DNA of 64,000 nucleotides from NCBI GenBank assembly GCA_963785235.1, contig CAWAUM010000002.1:884-64883 (forward strand), in the 5' to 3' direction. The DNA is from an uncultured delta proteobacterium. Its GTDB lineage: Bacteria; Desulfobacterota; Desulfomonilia; UBA1062. Numbering within the stretch: the first letter of the stretch is position 1; every line of letters starts with the position of its first letter. This document shows, piece after piece, positions 1 to 10,288 of this stretch. Made by a program: the position numbers and the translations under genes. The notes below the pieces were generated by a model, which was not told the origin of the DNA, made no database searches, and was given only the letters and a program-made list of their open reading frames with translations.

Positions 1-1
1 C

Positions 2-512
2 GGATCGAGAAATCACGCCCGCGATCAAACAGCTCGCCGCCGACATGATCGAAACCATGTACGCCTACAAGGGCGTCGGCCTGGCCGCGCAGCAGGTCGG
101 TCTCGCCCTGCAACTGACGGTCATTGACGTGCGCGGCGTGACGGACCGGCCGTCCTCGCTGGAGTTGAGTGGCAAGCCTGCCGACGTGAACGCCTTCATG
201 CCGCTGGTCCTGATCAATCCCGAGATCACGCCGGTCGGCGCGCCGGCGACCGGCCCGGAAGGCTGCTTGAGCTTCCCCGAAATCTACGCCGACATCACCC
301 GCCCCGATGTGGTGGACGTGAAGGCGCTGAACCTGGAGGGAAAGCCCGTTGAGTTCCGCTGCGGCGGCCTGCTTGCCCGCGTCGTCCAGCACGAGACGAT
401 CACCTGCACGGCATCCTGTTCATTGACCGGATGGACAAGGCGACCAAGGCGGAACCTGAAGCCCGAGCTGGAACTTCTCATGGCCGAAACCAAGGCGGCG
501 CTGAAGGGATAA
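2..512 (+). pseudogene. def: peptide deformylase in the high-GC block. The 5' end lies beyond the window. Two 1-nt indels break the frame: a deletion near 397 and an insertion near 455.
   Basis: GVGLAAQQVG and EGCLSFPE motifs are in frame. The QHEIDHLHG metal-binding motif reads QHETITCT; the expected DRMDKATKAE and LKPELELLMAETKAALKG segments reappear in the other two frames. Confidence 0.6.
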
Positions 513-515
513 CCG

Positions 516-1531
516 CTACACTTCTGGTAGTAATCCGGCACGACGATTTTCCCGGCGATGATCTCCGCTTTCAGCTCGTCCGCCCGTTTGCGCACCGGCT
601 CGGTCAGTATCTTGGCGTTGTATTGGTCGAAGGAGTAGTCCACGCCGTGGTTGGCCAGCCCGAACCATTTGATCCCGCCAGTGAACTTGCCCGTTTTGGC
701 GTCCTCGATGGCTGTGAATACCGCCTCGTCCACCCGCTTCAGCATGCTCGTTAAGATCAATCCGGGCTTGGTCCAATTCTGGTTGGCGTCCACGCCGATG
801 GCGAACTTCGTCTTCTCCTCTGCCGCGTCAAACACCCCGAGGCCCGAGGCGCCGGCCGCGGCAAAGATGATGTCCGCGCCGGCCTCATACTGCGATACGG
901 CCAGTTCCTTCCCCTTCGGCGGGTTGTTCCACGCCTCGCTCGTCACGCCAACAAAGTTCGCGAGCACCGCAATCTGCGGATTGATCTTCTTCGCGCCCGC
1001 CTGGTAGCCCATCTCGAACCGGCGGATCAGGGGAATGTCCATCCCGCCCACAAACCCAATCTTGCCCGTCTTGCTCGTCATGGCCGCGATGGCGCCGACA
1101 ATGTATGCCCCCTCATGCTCCTGGAACATCAGCGACCGGACGTTGGGCGCCTCGACCTGCGCGTCCACAATGGCGAAATGGCGCTTGGGAAACTGCGCCG
1201 CGACCTTCTGGATGGCCTCCTTCTGGGCGAAGCCAATCCCAATGATGAGGTCGAAGTCGCGCAACGCGAACGCCCGCAGCATTGGCTCGAACGCGTTGTC
1301 GTCGGCCGCCTCGACATACTTCAGCAGAACGCCCAGCTTGTTCTTGGCCCGGGTGGCGCCTTCGTAAGCCGACGAATTGAAGGACTTGTCGTCCTTGCCC
1401 CCCCGGTCCAGGACCAACCCGACCTTGAACTCCGCCCTGGCGGGCAGCTGGTAATGTCGCGATGGCCGCGATCACCACCAGCGCAACCCGCCATCCATCC
1501 CCTGCATGTGCCCAAAGCGACTGTGCTTCAT
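516..1531 (-). pseudogene. BMP-family (PnrA/Med-like) ABC-transporter substrate-binding lipoprotein in the high-GC block. The frame is broken near the N-terminus (in-frame TGA and frameshifts between the start and the AEFKVGLVLDRGG segment), and the in-frame stop is lost at the C-terminus.
   Basis: About 300 aa with BMP-like motifs (GFVGGMDIPLIRRFEMGYQAG, FAIGVDANQ). A hydrophobic signal-like segment VALVVIAAIATLPAA sits in a different frame from the body. The ORF runs ~230 nt antisense into def, which points to a lost stop. Confidence 0.5.
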
Positions 1532-1706
1532 GTCGCTCCTTTCTAGGCACAAACCTCGCTCCGGTCAATCCCGCCCTGCTCGCCTCTCGGCTGGCTGACG
1601 GCACAATGACAAAACTGTCACCCAAGTGTCATCGGCCTGTCACCGTGCTATGTTGCACTGCGCAAAGCCGGGAGTGCTCCCGGCGAGACAAACAAACGAC
1701 CCAAAT

Positions 1707-2132
1707 ATGAAGCATCAAATCCATCATCTGTTCGATATTAACAGTTGGTCTGCTCGCGGGCGGCCTCACCGGCTGCTGCGTGCACCGAGAAGGGAGAAGG
1801 CAAGAAGGCGAAAAGGCCTACGAGGCCAAACTCGAAGCCCAGGCCAAGATCACCAAGGCCGAGGCGGAGAAGATCGCGCTGGACAAGGTTCCCGGCGGCA
1901 CCGTCAAGGAAGGCGACATCGAGAAGGAGAAAGGCAAGTTGCTCTGGTCATTTGATATCACCACCCCGGGCACCACGGATATCACCGAGGTGCAGGTGGA
2001 CGCCATGAGCGGCGCCGTTGTGGACGTTGCCAAGGAGACAGTGGCCGACCAGGAGAAGGAGAAGAAGGAAGACGCCAAGAGAAGGGCAAGAAGGAGAAGG
2101 ATGACGACGACGAGAAGGAAGAGAAGAAGTAA
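1707..2132 (+). pseudogene. PepSY-domain lipoprotein with a Lys/Glu/Asp-rich tail, frameshifted near 1713 and near 2078.
   Basis: The ATG at 1707 is followed out of frame by a lipoprotein signal ILTVGLLAGGLTGCC. The PepSY core is AKITKAEAEKIALDKVPGGTVKEGDIEKEKGKLLWSFDI. The acidic tail ends EKEEKK* in a third frame. Confidence 0.45.
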
Positions 2133-2207
2133 TGCTTTGTGGGGGATGAGGAATCGCCGCCGCCGGCAAACTCCGGCGGCGGCGCCCGAAAAAGAAAGAA
2201 GGATGCA

Positions 2208-3168
2208 ATGAATACAACGATGACGAAGGTGACATTATTCAGGCTGTGCTGGGGCTGGGCAGCCCGCTGGTCCGAACCGGCTTTGCCGGCCAGCCCAAGA
2301 AATGGGAGGAATGCCGGAGGCGGTGCGTGCCACCGTGTTGGCGAACGGCGGCACGGTCGGCTCCGTGGACCTGGAAGGCCAGAAGATCGACGGTAAGGCC
2401 GTCTATGAAGCCGTAGGCAAGGACAAGGACGGCAAAGAGGTGGACCTGGTCATTACTGAAGACGGCAAGCTGGCCAATATGAAGTACGATGGCGCCGCGG
2501 ATAAGGCCCAAGAGGACGCCGCCGCTGCAAAGAAGGCCGCGAAGGCGTTCGCCGCGGTGAAATTCAGCCATCCGCGCGAAATCACCAATCCGTATCTGCC
2601 GCTGGCCTCGCTCAAGCAGGACATTCTGGAGGGCAAGGAAGGCAGCAAAGAGCTGCGCATCGAGAGGACCATGAAGCCGGAAATCCGTAAGACCTTCAAG
2701 GTCGGCAAGCAGACAGTGGAGGTCCTGGTCATGGAGGACCGTGAGTTTGAGAACGGCAAGCTCTCGGAGGTGACCCTGGATTACTTCGCGCAGGCCGATG
2801 ATGGCACGGTGTATTACCTCGGTGAAGACGTGGACGAATACAAGGATGGCAAGGTCGTCGGTCATTCCGGCGCGTGGCTGTATGGCAAGCAAACCAAGGT
2901 TCCAGGCGTTCTGATGCCAGGCCATCCGAAGGTGGGCGACAAGTTCCGCTCCGAGGACGTGCCAAAGATCACCACCGAGGACAACGAGGTGATGTCGCTG
3001 TCCGAGCGGTGACCGTGCCCGCCGGGACGTATCAGAATTGCCTCAAAATGAAAGAGGTGCTATCCGACGGTGTGATCGAGTACCAGGTACTATGCCAAGG
3101 GCGTAGGTTGCGTAAGGGAGCTGCCCGAAGGGGGCGACGTGGTGCTCAAATCGCACACGACAAAGTAA
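2208..3168 (+). pseudogene. Second PepSY-like domain protein in the high-GC block. The start is uncertain and there are at least three 1-nt frameshifts, near 2290, 3010 and 3088.
   Basis: The segment KAVYEAVGKDKDGKEVDLVITEDGKL is PepSY-like. A continuous protein is recovered only by joining three frames: (...GQPKKWEE)/(MPEAVRATV...MSLSE)/(TVTVPAGTYQN...EYQ)/(YYAKGVGCVRELPEGGDVVLKSHTTK*). Confidence 0.35.
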
Positions 3169-3181
3169 GCGGCAGCAGAAT

Positions 3182-3650
3182 ATGAAGAACACTGTCCTGG
3201 TAGCGGCGGCCTTCGCCATCGCCTGTGCTGTGGCCGGACTGGTGCTCCTCAAGCGTCCCACACCTCAAGACGCGGCGCCACCAGCTCGGAATCCGCACAA
3301 GCCGTGGGTGAATAAGCTCTCCCTGTCGCGCCGCCGGAGGAACCGCCTGCGGTGGCCGTGCACGCCCCAGCCCCTGCGCCGTCCAACCCTGTCGTTCGAA
3401 GCATTCCTCCGCCGGCAAAACCAGTGGAGCCCCGCCGAAAGCGCCGGGCACCGCATTACAGGGCGCCAAGCCGCCCAAGGAGCCGCTGAAGGACCCGATG
3501 GCCCGCGAGGCGCTGGCGCTCGTGGGGCTGGATCCCGGCGCGGAGGAATACTGGTATGCTGCGATCAACGACCCGGACCTTTCCGCGCACGAGCGCTCGG
3601 ACCTCATTGAGGACTTGAACGAGGATGGGCCAAAGAAAACAAAGCCCGGC
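3182..3650 (+). pseudogene. Hypothetical secreted Pro-rich protein with a signal peptide. It is frameshifted near 3440, and its 3' end merges in frame into the tsaD fragment.
   Basis: The N-terminus MKNTVLVAAAFAIACAVAGLVLL is a signal peptide. The downstream segment LVGLDPGAEEYWYAAINDPDL lies in another frame. There is no stop before the tsaD-like sequence. Confidence 0.3.
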
Positions 3651-3974
3651 AAAGAACACCTCATTGCCGAAATCTCAGCCGCCTTTCAGGCAGCAGTAGT
3701 GGATGTGCTCGTAACCAAGACTATCCGGGCCGCAAAAGATACAGGCATGGGTCTGATTGTGGTATCGGGTGGTGTGGCGAGCAACACGGCCCTGCGCGAG
3801 GCCCTGAAAAAGATGTCCGACCAGGAAGGGATACATCTCGTCATCCCGGAGAGGAAGTACTGTACGGACAACGCAGCCATGATCGGCATCGCCGGCATCA
3901 GGCACTTCAGGGACGGTCATTTTGCCGGCCTGGATATGAATGCAGTTTCGAGGTGGTCATCCATAACGGGTTGA
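3651..3974 (+). pseudogene. tsaD: 3' fragment of tsaD (tRNA N6-adenosine threonylcarbamoyltransferase). It covers about the last 100 aa; the first ~240 codons are missing and replaced by the high-GC sequence.
   Basis: EISAAFQAAVVDVLVTKT, GLIVVSGGVASNTALREAL and CTDNAAMIGIAG match the TsaD (Kae1/YgjD) C-terminal region. GC content drops abruptly near 3650. Confidence 0.6.
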
Positions 3975-4183
3975 GACAAATAAGGATCACCCGTTTAAAG
4001 CCTTCATATTTCAATTCTGGTTGGTCCGTGAATCTGCATGGGAACAATCATTCAGAGGTGTATTGCATTATTGTATTTAGCATGATGACCTATTTTCCAC
4101 ATCTCATGTAACAGCCTATCTTTCCGATACAATTCAATAATGGGAATCAAAATATTTTTTATAAACTCCTGGAGAGGATTGGA

Positions 4184-5401
4184 ATGAAAGCAATTGTTAT
4201 CAAACTACAAGCTTGTCTTATACTAACTATCCTTTTACTTTCAGTATCTGGTTGTGCAACTACCCCAAAGAATGAATCAACTCAAAAGAAGACCATATAT
4301 GAAAGAATCAATTCTGACCCTCCAGGGGCTTCAATATACTGGGGAGAAAGTGAGAGCCAACTCGTTTACACAGGCAAGACAACACCATATTCAAAACCGA
4401 ACACTGCAGTATCACCAATCTTCAAAACGTGGTACTATCAAGTTAAAAAGGATGGTTATCTTGATTCAAATGTTATCTCCATGCCTTATTCATCTGATGA
4501 TAGGATTATAGATTTTACTCTGAAGCCAAAAAGAATTCCTTCACAAGCACCTATGCCAACCGCAAACGTGAAAGGAATAGTCAAAGTAACCAATGATTCC
4601 AACCTAGAATTTTATCCCCAACCAAGCCCTGATGGTAAAGCAATTTTGTTTCATGTCATTAATTCAAAAAAACAGGGGTATGACTCATATAGCATTGTAT
4701 TGATACGGCAGGGAGAAGGAGGAAGAAGGGTTATCGTTGGCAATTATGCAGCCTATCCATCATGGTACCCAGATGGAAAACATCTTATGTATTCATATTA
4801 TAAAAAGGGGAACCCCATTCTTGTCAAGACCCCGGTGAACGGGAATGGTATGGAAATTATAAACCCCGATTCTCTTGGTTCATATGATCAAAAAGCACAT
4901 GTCAGCAGTGATGGTCGAAAGGTCGCTTTTGTTACGATGACCAGGAACACAAATTTTATATGTTCTGCGAATCAAGCTGGTACAGATTTCACTGTTTATG
5001 GAGAAGGTGCTTCACCTCGATGGAATAAAGATAGCTCTATGGTGGTGTTTACGAGACGCCTCGGTGCATATTCACATATCTTCACTCTTGATATCAAAAC
5101 AGGCCAAGTCACTCAATTGACTGTGGGAGATTCCAACAATGTGTCTCCATCTTTTTCACCCGATGGAAGCTGGCTGCTATTTTCATCTGACAGAGACGGT
5201 ACTGCTCATTTATTCGTAATGAAAAATGATGGTTCCAATCTGATACAGTTGACCAAGGGAGACTCCCAGGAAATTGATCCTTCTTGGTCGTCTGATGGAA
5301 CCATCTATTTTTCAAGTGATGCCGGTGCTGGTGAATCAATAGAAAAACCTTTAGACTGGACTCATTCAAATATTTGGAGACTAAGGCCGGTGCTGCAATA
5401 G
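4184..5401 (+). CDS. Lipoprotein with an N-terminal PEGA-like domain and a TolB-like beta-propeller (PD40 repeats). The gene is strongly AT-rich relative to its neighbours.
   Basis: The signal and lipobox are LLLSVSGC. PPGASIYWG is PEGA-like. Repeated SPDG/DG motifs occur (QPSPDGKAILF, SPSFSPDGSWLLFSSDRDG, SWSSDGTIYF). GC is roughly 38%. Confidence 0.6.
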   Translation: MKAIVIKLQACLILTILLLSVSGCATTPKNESTQKKTIYERINSDPPGASIYWGESESQLVYTGKTTPYSKPNTAVSPIFKTWYYQVKKDGYLDSNVISMPYSSDDRIIDFTLKPKRIPSQAPMPTANVKGIVKVTNDSNLEFYPQPSPDGKAILFHVINSKKQGYDSYSIVLIRQGEGGRRVIVGNYAAYPSWYPDGKHLMYSYYKKGNPILVKTPVNGNGMEIINPDSLGSYDQKAHVSSDGRKVAFVTMTRNTNFICSANQAGTDFTVYGEGASPRWNKDSSMVVFTRRLGAYSHIFTLDIKTGQVTQLTVGDSNNVSPSFSPDGSWLLFSSDRDGTAHLFVMKNDGSNLIQLTKGDSQEIDPSWSSDGTIYFSSDAGAGESIEKPLDWTHSNIWRLRPVLQ

Positions 5402-5479
5402 TTTTAAATGACTTGAACCTCAAATAAGCCTTATTGCCTTTGACTGGCATTGCTCTGCTACATGATGTAAACAGCCACT

Positions 5480-6280
5480 ATGAGACCAAAACGCTCCCTG
5501 GGTCAGAACTTCCTGAATAACGTCGGGATTGCCGAGAAGATGGCATCCCTTGCAGACATCGGCACACAGGATACGATTGTGGAGGTCGGACCCGGCAGGG
5601 GCATGCTGACACGGGTACTCCTCAAGTACGCATCAGGGGTCATTGCCATCGAGAAGGACGACAAGCTTTATGAGCAGCTGAAAGTGAGCCTAGGAGATTA
5701 CAGCGGTCTGCAGCTCATTCACCAGGACATCCTGGAAAGCGACCTGGAACAGATTATTCCCCATGGGGCCAAGATAGTCTCCAACCTCCCGTATAACATT
5801 GCAACACAGCTTATTATGCGGCTCGTGGACCATGCCGAGCGCATACATTCAATCGTCGTCATGATCCAGAAGGAGGTAGGCCAACGGATCTGCGCGCATG
5901 TGGGAGACAAGACCTATTCCTTGTTGAGCGTAATAGTTGCAGCCGGATTCGATGCATCACCCGGATTCATTGTGGGGCCTAATAATTTTTTTCCCCAGCC
6001 CAAGGTTGATTCCCAGGTAATCAAGCTCGTCCCGAAAAGCTCCCCCATACCCCAGACTGATATGAAGATGTTCTGGCGTGTGATTGCAAAGGCCTTCGGC
6101 CAGAGGCGGAAGACCCTCAGGAACACGCTGTCGCAGCTGCCGGGGGTGGATGATGAAACACTGGGCAAACTCAGTTCATATGCAGGTATTGATCTGGGAC
6201 AGCGGCCTCAGGAGATTACACCTGACCAGTATCACTTGTTCAGCAATGGTTATGAGGCGTTGCTCAAGGACAGATCATAA
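5480..6280 (+). CDS. rsmA: 16S rRNA (adenine1518/1519-N6)-dimethyltransferase RsmA/KsgA
   Basis: LGQNFL, VVEVGPGRGMLT and NLPYNI motifs; 266 aa. Confidence 0.9.
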   Translation: MRPKRSLGQNFLNNVGIAEKMASLADIGTQDTIVEVGPGRGMLTRVLLKYASGVIAIEKDDKLYEQLKVSLGDYSGLQLIHQDILESDLEQIIPHGAKIVSNLPYNIATQLIMRLVDHAERIHSIVVMIQKEVGQRICAHVGDKTYSLLSVIVAAGFDASPGFIVGPNNFFPQPKVDSQVIKLVPKSSPIPQTDMKMFWRVIAKAFGQRRKTLRNTLSQLPGVDDETLGKLSSYAGIDLGQRPQEITPDQYHLFSNGYEALLKDRS

Positions 6281-6474
6281 TACCCGTAGTTTAACCTACC
6301 CTGAATCACCAGTCCAGTTACATGCCGGTTACATAACAGATTCCACGGATTGTAATTCCGAATACCATGCTGCAACTTGTGTAACCGTCAACAAAGAGAC
6401 ATAAATCCACGAAATCAGTATTAAATTATTGTTATTATTGTATATTTATAATTGGTCTCAAGCGTCAAATATCT

Positions 6475-6490
6475 TGGCATCCACCTTGCC
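6475..6490 (+). promoter_or_regulatory. Putative sigma-54 (-24/-12) promoter upstream of the S8 protease gene
   Basis: TGGCATCCACCTTGC matches GG-N10-GC exactly. It lies 40 nt upstream of the GTG start and is followed by a 9-bp hairpin. Confidence 0.45.
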
Positions 6491-6529
6491 TTAGTAAGCC
6501 CAGATCGACAACGATCTGGGGGGTATTAG

Positions 6530-7894
6530 GTGAAAGACTATAGAACAGTTTCTCTCGGCATCCTGGTTTTCATCCTGTCGGCCTTTTCTCTCAACGCAGC
6601 TGATTATCGCACGGACGAGGTCATCGTAAAATTCAAGACAAAAACCCCACAGGGTCTTTCATCAGAAACCCTCGTGGAAGAGCGTCCCATAGCCGTTGCA
6701 GTGGACAATGCCGACAAGGCAATTAAAGAGCTCAGTGCAAGCGATGATGTCGAGTATGCAGAACCAAACTACGTCATCGAGGCTGAGATGGTTCCAGGAG
6801 ACTGGCCATATAAAGATGCGTGGAGCCAACTCGGGCTTGAAGACGCATGGGACTTCATAACAAAACAGGGCTCTGGCCGGCAGGTTATCGTTGCCGTAAT
6901 CGATTCCGGTGTGGATATGGATCACCCCGATCTGCTGGGCCGGATAGTATCCGGGTACGATTTCGCTAACCATGACAATACGCCGGAAGACGACTCAGGC
7001 CATGGCACCAAGGTGAGCGGCATCCTCGGGGCTACCGGCAATAACGGAACCGGCATCGCAGGCGTGGCATGGGATGTGGACATTGCCATCATGCCGGTCA
7101 AGTTCATGAAAGTCAATGACGGCAAAACCACAGGGAATCTCTCCGATGCAATAGATGCCATCTACTATGCCGTTGACAACGGAGCAGAGATCATCAATGC
7201 AAGCTGGGGCTTCTATGACCGATCCAAGGCATTGGATAATGCAATTGCATACGCAAGGAACAAGGGGGTGCTGTTTGTTGCATCCGCAGGGAACAGCGGT
7301 CAGGATAACGACAATAAAGGCCACTACCCTTCCAACTGCCCATCTGACAATGTCATTGCGGTTGCAGCCATGGACAGCGACGGCAGTATTGCATCGTTCT
7401 CAAATTACGGAGCGAAAACCGTACATATCATAGCTCCCGGGGTCGGCATTTCGACCACTACCATAAACAGCGGTTATGTTTCCTATGCATCAGGGACCTC
7501 CTTTGCTGCGCCCTTTGTTGCCGGTGTTGCAGCAATGGTGCTCTCCCAATCGCCGGATATGGGTTACACGTCATTGAGGGAAGCCATTTTGAATTCAGCA
7601 ACCAAGATCCCGAGCGCCGGCTCAAGCATGGTTTCAAGCGGTGGTTGCGTGAACGCCTATGAGGCGCTCCTTGCCGAATCAGACCTTGATACCTCAATGA
7701 AGGCTGCACAGGAACCTTCGCAGGCAACAGATACGAGTACTACGGTAGCGAGCGCTTCCGATGGCGGTGGTGGTGGCGGCGGCGGATGCCTCATCGAGAC
7801 TTCCCATGCCTCCACAGGCACCTGTGCCTCAGCTATCCTGCTCATGATTACGATAGTCTTGTTCCAGGTAATTCGACGGAAAGATCTGGAATAA
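6530..7894 (+). CDS. Subtilisin-like serine peptidase (S8) with an N-terminal I9 propeptide and a C-terminal Gly-rich/TM/basic sorting-signal-like tail
   Basis: Catalytic triad motifs DSGVDMDHPDL, HGTKVSGILG and GTSFAAPFVAG. A signal peptide is present. The tail is GGGGGGGGC...ASAILLMITIVLF-RRKDLE. The GTG start is preceded by GGGGGG. Confidence 0.85.
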   Translation: MKDYRTVSLGILVFILSAFSLNAADYRTDEVIVKFKTKTPQGLSSETLVEERPIAVAVDNADKAIKELSASDDVEYAEPNYVIEAEMVPGDWPYKDAWSQLGLEDAWDFITKQGSGRQVIVAVIDSGVDMDHPDLLGRIVSGYDFANHDNTPEDDSGHGTKVSGILGATGNNGTGIAGVAWDVDIAIMPVKFMKVNDGKTTGNLSDAIDAIYYAVDNGAEIINASWGFYDRSKALDNAIAYARNKGVLFVASAGNSGQDNDNKGHYPSNCPSDNVIAVAAMDSDGSIASFSNYGAKTVHIIAPGVGISTTTINSGYVSYASGTSFAAPFVAGVAAMVLSQSPDMGYTSLREAILNSATKIPSAGSSMVSSGGCVNAYEALLAESDLDTSMKAAQEPSQATDTSTTVASASDGGGGGGGGCLIETSHASTGTCASAILLMITIVLFQVIRRKDLE

Positions 7895-7907
7895 CCCTAT
7901 ACCCCAG

Positions 7908-7937
7908 CCCCCCCACCGTGGGGGGGCAACCCCTTTT
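7908..7937. terminator. Bidirectional intrinsic terminator between the S8 protease gene (+) and the thiolase gene (-)
   Basis: CCCCCCC-ACCGT-GGGGGGG hairpin followed by a T-run. Confidence 0.6.
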
Positions 7938-7971
7938 CTCTCTCCCTTAGAGTCCCCTGAACTTTCTTGTC

Positions 7972-9261
7972 TCAGACCAGTTCAACGGCCATGGCCATAC
8001 CCATACCGCCGCCGATGCAGAGCGATGCCATGCCGAGCCCAATGCTGCGCCTTTTCATCTCATTGGCCAGCGCTATGATAATACGCGCGCCGGTACAGCC
8101 GATGGGGTGGCCGATGGAGATTGCAGATCCGTTCACATTCGTGATGTCCCAGTCCATATCCAGCTCTCGCATGCAGGCAATGGCCTGGGATGCAAAGGCC
8201 TCGTTCACCTCGAAGAGGCCATAGTCCTTCACCGATGTCTTGGTGATCTTCAGCAGCTTTCTGACTGCCGGTATAGGCCCGAGGCCCATATAGGAGGGGT
8301 CCACGCCGCCTGTTGCATAACCCTTTATCCTGACAATGGGCTTGAGTCCCAATTCTTTGGCCTTGTCTTCATTCATGACCAGGCAGGCAGCAGCGGCATC
8401 ATTGATGCCCGATGCATTGCCGGCTGTTACCGTACCGTCTTTCTTAAAAACAGTGGCAAGCTTGCCCATCTTCTCCAAGGTCGTGTCCATGGGGCGCTCG
8501 TCCGTGTCAAAGACTATAGGATCGCCCTTTTTCTTGGGGATCTTCACAGGCACTATCTCGCCTTTTAAAATACCGGATTTAATAGCAGCCAGCGCACGCA
8601 TGTGGCTGTCCACACCCATCTTGTCCTGCTCGGTCCTGGTGATGCCGTATTTTTCAGCGATGTTCTCGGCCGTAATGCCCATGTGGTAGCCATAGAAGAT
8701 CTCATAGAGGCCGTCGAATACCATGAGGTCCATGGTCTTGCCGTAGGGCATGTCCATGCGGTAACCCCATCGTGCCTTGGGCAGCGAGATGGGTACGTCG
8801 CTCATATTCTCCATACCGCCTGCAATGACAACGTTGTTGTCACCGGCAATGATGGAAGCAGTAGCCAGGGCGATGGCCTTCATGCCCGATGCGCAGACCT
8901 TGTTGATGGTGAATGCACCAGTCTCCTTGGGCAACCCGGCCATGATCATGGCCTGCCTTGCAGGGTTCTGGCCCTGGCCTGCCTGGAGCACGTTGCCCAT
9001 GATTACTTCATCAACAGTGATGCCTTTGAGGTCTTTGGACCAGCTGGAGTATTTCTCTTCTATGGCTGAAAGGCCTGCATTCTTGAAGACATCAGGCGCG
9101 ACCTCCTTGCTCAATGCGGAGATCTCAGGCCTGAGTCCGTTCCTGACAAGGATCTCACGAATAACGAGTGCACCCAATTCCTTGGCCGGGACATCCTTCA
9201 GGCTCCCCCCGAAGCTTCCAACCGCTGTCCTTACTCCATCGACAATGACCACATTCGCCAT
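7972..9261 (-). CDS. Acetyl-CoA C-acetyltransferase (thiolase II)
   Basis: [19 protein letters not shown], an active-site Cys in ...[11 protein letters not shown], and a C-terminal [13 protein letters not shown]. Confidence 0.9.
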   Translation of the reverse strand: MANVVIVDGVRTAVGSFGGSLKDVPAKELGALVIREILVRNGLRPEISALSKEVAPDVFKNAGLSAIEEKYSSWSKDLKGITVDEVIMGNVLQAGQGQNPARQAMIMAGLPKETGAFTINKVCASGMKAIALATASIIAGDNNVVIAGGMENMSDVPISLPKARWGYRMDMPYGKTMDLMVFDGLYEIFYGYHMGITAENIAEKYGITRTEQDKMGVDSHMRALAAIKSGILKGEIVPVKIPKKKGDPIVFDTDERPMDTTLEKMGKLATVFKKDGTVTAGNASGINDAAAACLVMNEDKAKELGLKPIVRIKGYATGGVDPSYMGLGPIPAVRKLLKITKTSVKDYGLFEVNEAFASQAIACMRELDMDWDITNVNGSAISIGHPIGCTGARIIIALANEMKRRSIGLGMASLCIGGGMGMAMAVELV

Positions 9262-9409
9262 ATTACCACCTCCAGTTTAGGATATCTTTTCTTAGGGTTA
9301 CTCTAGGTACTATTTCACAAGAGATCCACATTGGCAAGAATGGAATACAGCCGCATGGGCAGCCTATCGCGGCCTTGATTTAAACAATTCCAGGGTGTAA
9401 GTTCGCACC

Positions 9410-10288
9410 ATGGATCTTGACTATGAAGCCCTGCTGAACCGCTACGCCCTCGTCCTGTTGGATAACAAAGGACTTTCAGGCGAGACGTACCGGGCTTACG
9501 TGGGCGATATCAGACATTTCATCAGCTTTATTACCGAGCGTCAGGTCTCCTTTCCGGACCGACTCATGGTTAGGTCCTACATGCTTAATCTCAGGACACG
9601 CTACTCACGCACCTCGGTCAACCGCAAGCTGAGCGCCATCAAGGGGTTCTTCGACTTTGTGATGCACTCCGTAGAGCTGCCCATGAATCCCTTCGGCCAT
9701 GTGAGGTCTCTCAAGCACAGGGAACACCTGCCGCAGTTCCTGAGCCATGACGAGGTGTTCGACCTCATCGATGCAGTGCTGGATTCCCGGGACAGGGCCA
9801 TCCTCGAACTGCTCTACTCTACGGGCATCCGGGTGGGAGAGGCCGAGACCATGAAGTGCTGTGATGTGGATATGCAAAAGGGCTTCATCATGGTTACTGG
9901 CAAGGGGTCCAAGCAGCGCTATGTGCCTGTGGGTGAAAGGGCACTCAGCGCTATAAGCAGTTACCTGGGAACCAGGGGTATCAATGATTCCATTTACTGC
10001 ACAGAGCCGCTGTTTCTTAACAGCAGGGGAAACCCCCTGAAGTCAAGGAGCATCAGGAGGGTTATCTACCAGTGGGCCTTGCAGGCTTCCCTTGCCAGAC
10101 ATGTGAGCCCGCATGTCATCAGGCATACCTTTGCAAGCCACATGCTCGATGCAGGCGCAGACCTCAGGTCCATCCAGGAGATGCTTGGCCATGCAAGCCT
10201 TTCCACAACCCAGCGCTACACCCACTTGAGTGTAGACAAACTCATGGATGTATATGATAAAGCTCATCCGAGGGCAAAGGAGGGATGA
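9410..10288 (+). CDS. xerC: Tyrosine recombinase XerC
   Basis: Phage-integrase fold with the R...HxxR...Y motif ([15 protein letters not shown]). The position immediately upstream of hslVU is typical for xerC. Confidence 0.8.
   Translation: MDLDYEALLNRYALVLLDNKGLSGETYRAYVGDIRHFISFITERQVSFPDRLMVRSYMLNLRTRYSRTSVNRKLSAIKGFFDFVMHSVELPMNPFGHVRSLKHREHLPQFLSHDEVFDLIDAVLDSRDRAILELLYSTGIRVGEAETMKCCDVDMQKGFIMVTGKGSKQRYVPVGERALSAISSYLGTRGINDSIYCTEPLFLNSRGNPLKSRSIRRVIYQWALQASLARHVSPHVIRHTFASHMLDAGADLRSIQEMLGHASLSTTQRYTHLSVDKLMDVYDKAHPRAKEG

Noticed and set aside
1113-1625. Arg/Gly/Pro-rich ORFs in the high-GC block, for example 1113..1625 (-), 1129..1317 (-), 1745..2008 (+) and 2729..2965 (-)
   Set aside because: These are typical spurious open frames of high-GC DNA (Arg- and Pro-rich with no start context). 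They overlap better-supported genes in other frames.
2100-2300. The two PepSY ORFs being one fused gene
   Set aside because: A TAA at 2130-2132 terminates the Lys/Glu-rich tail in the frame that best fits the protein. Upstream of 2302 the frames are too error-ridden to decide, so I reported two genes with an uncertain second start.
8107-9280. Plus-strand ORFs at 8107..8568, 8336..8689, 8602..9069 and 8777..9280, antisense to the thiolase gene
   Set aside because: They are shadow ORFs inside a well-supported minus-strand thiolase gene. Their low-complexity compositions have no domain signatures.
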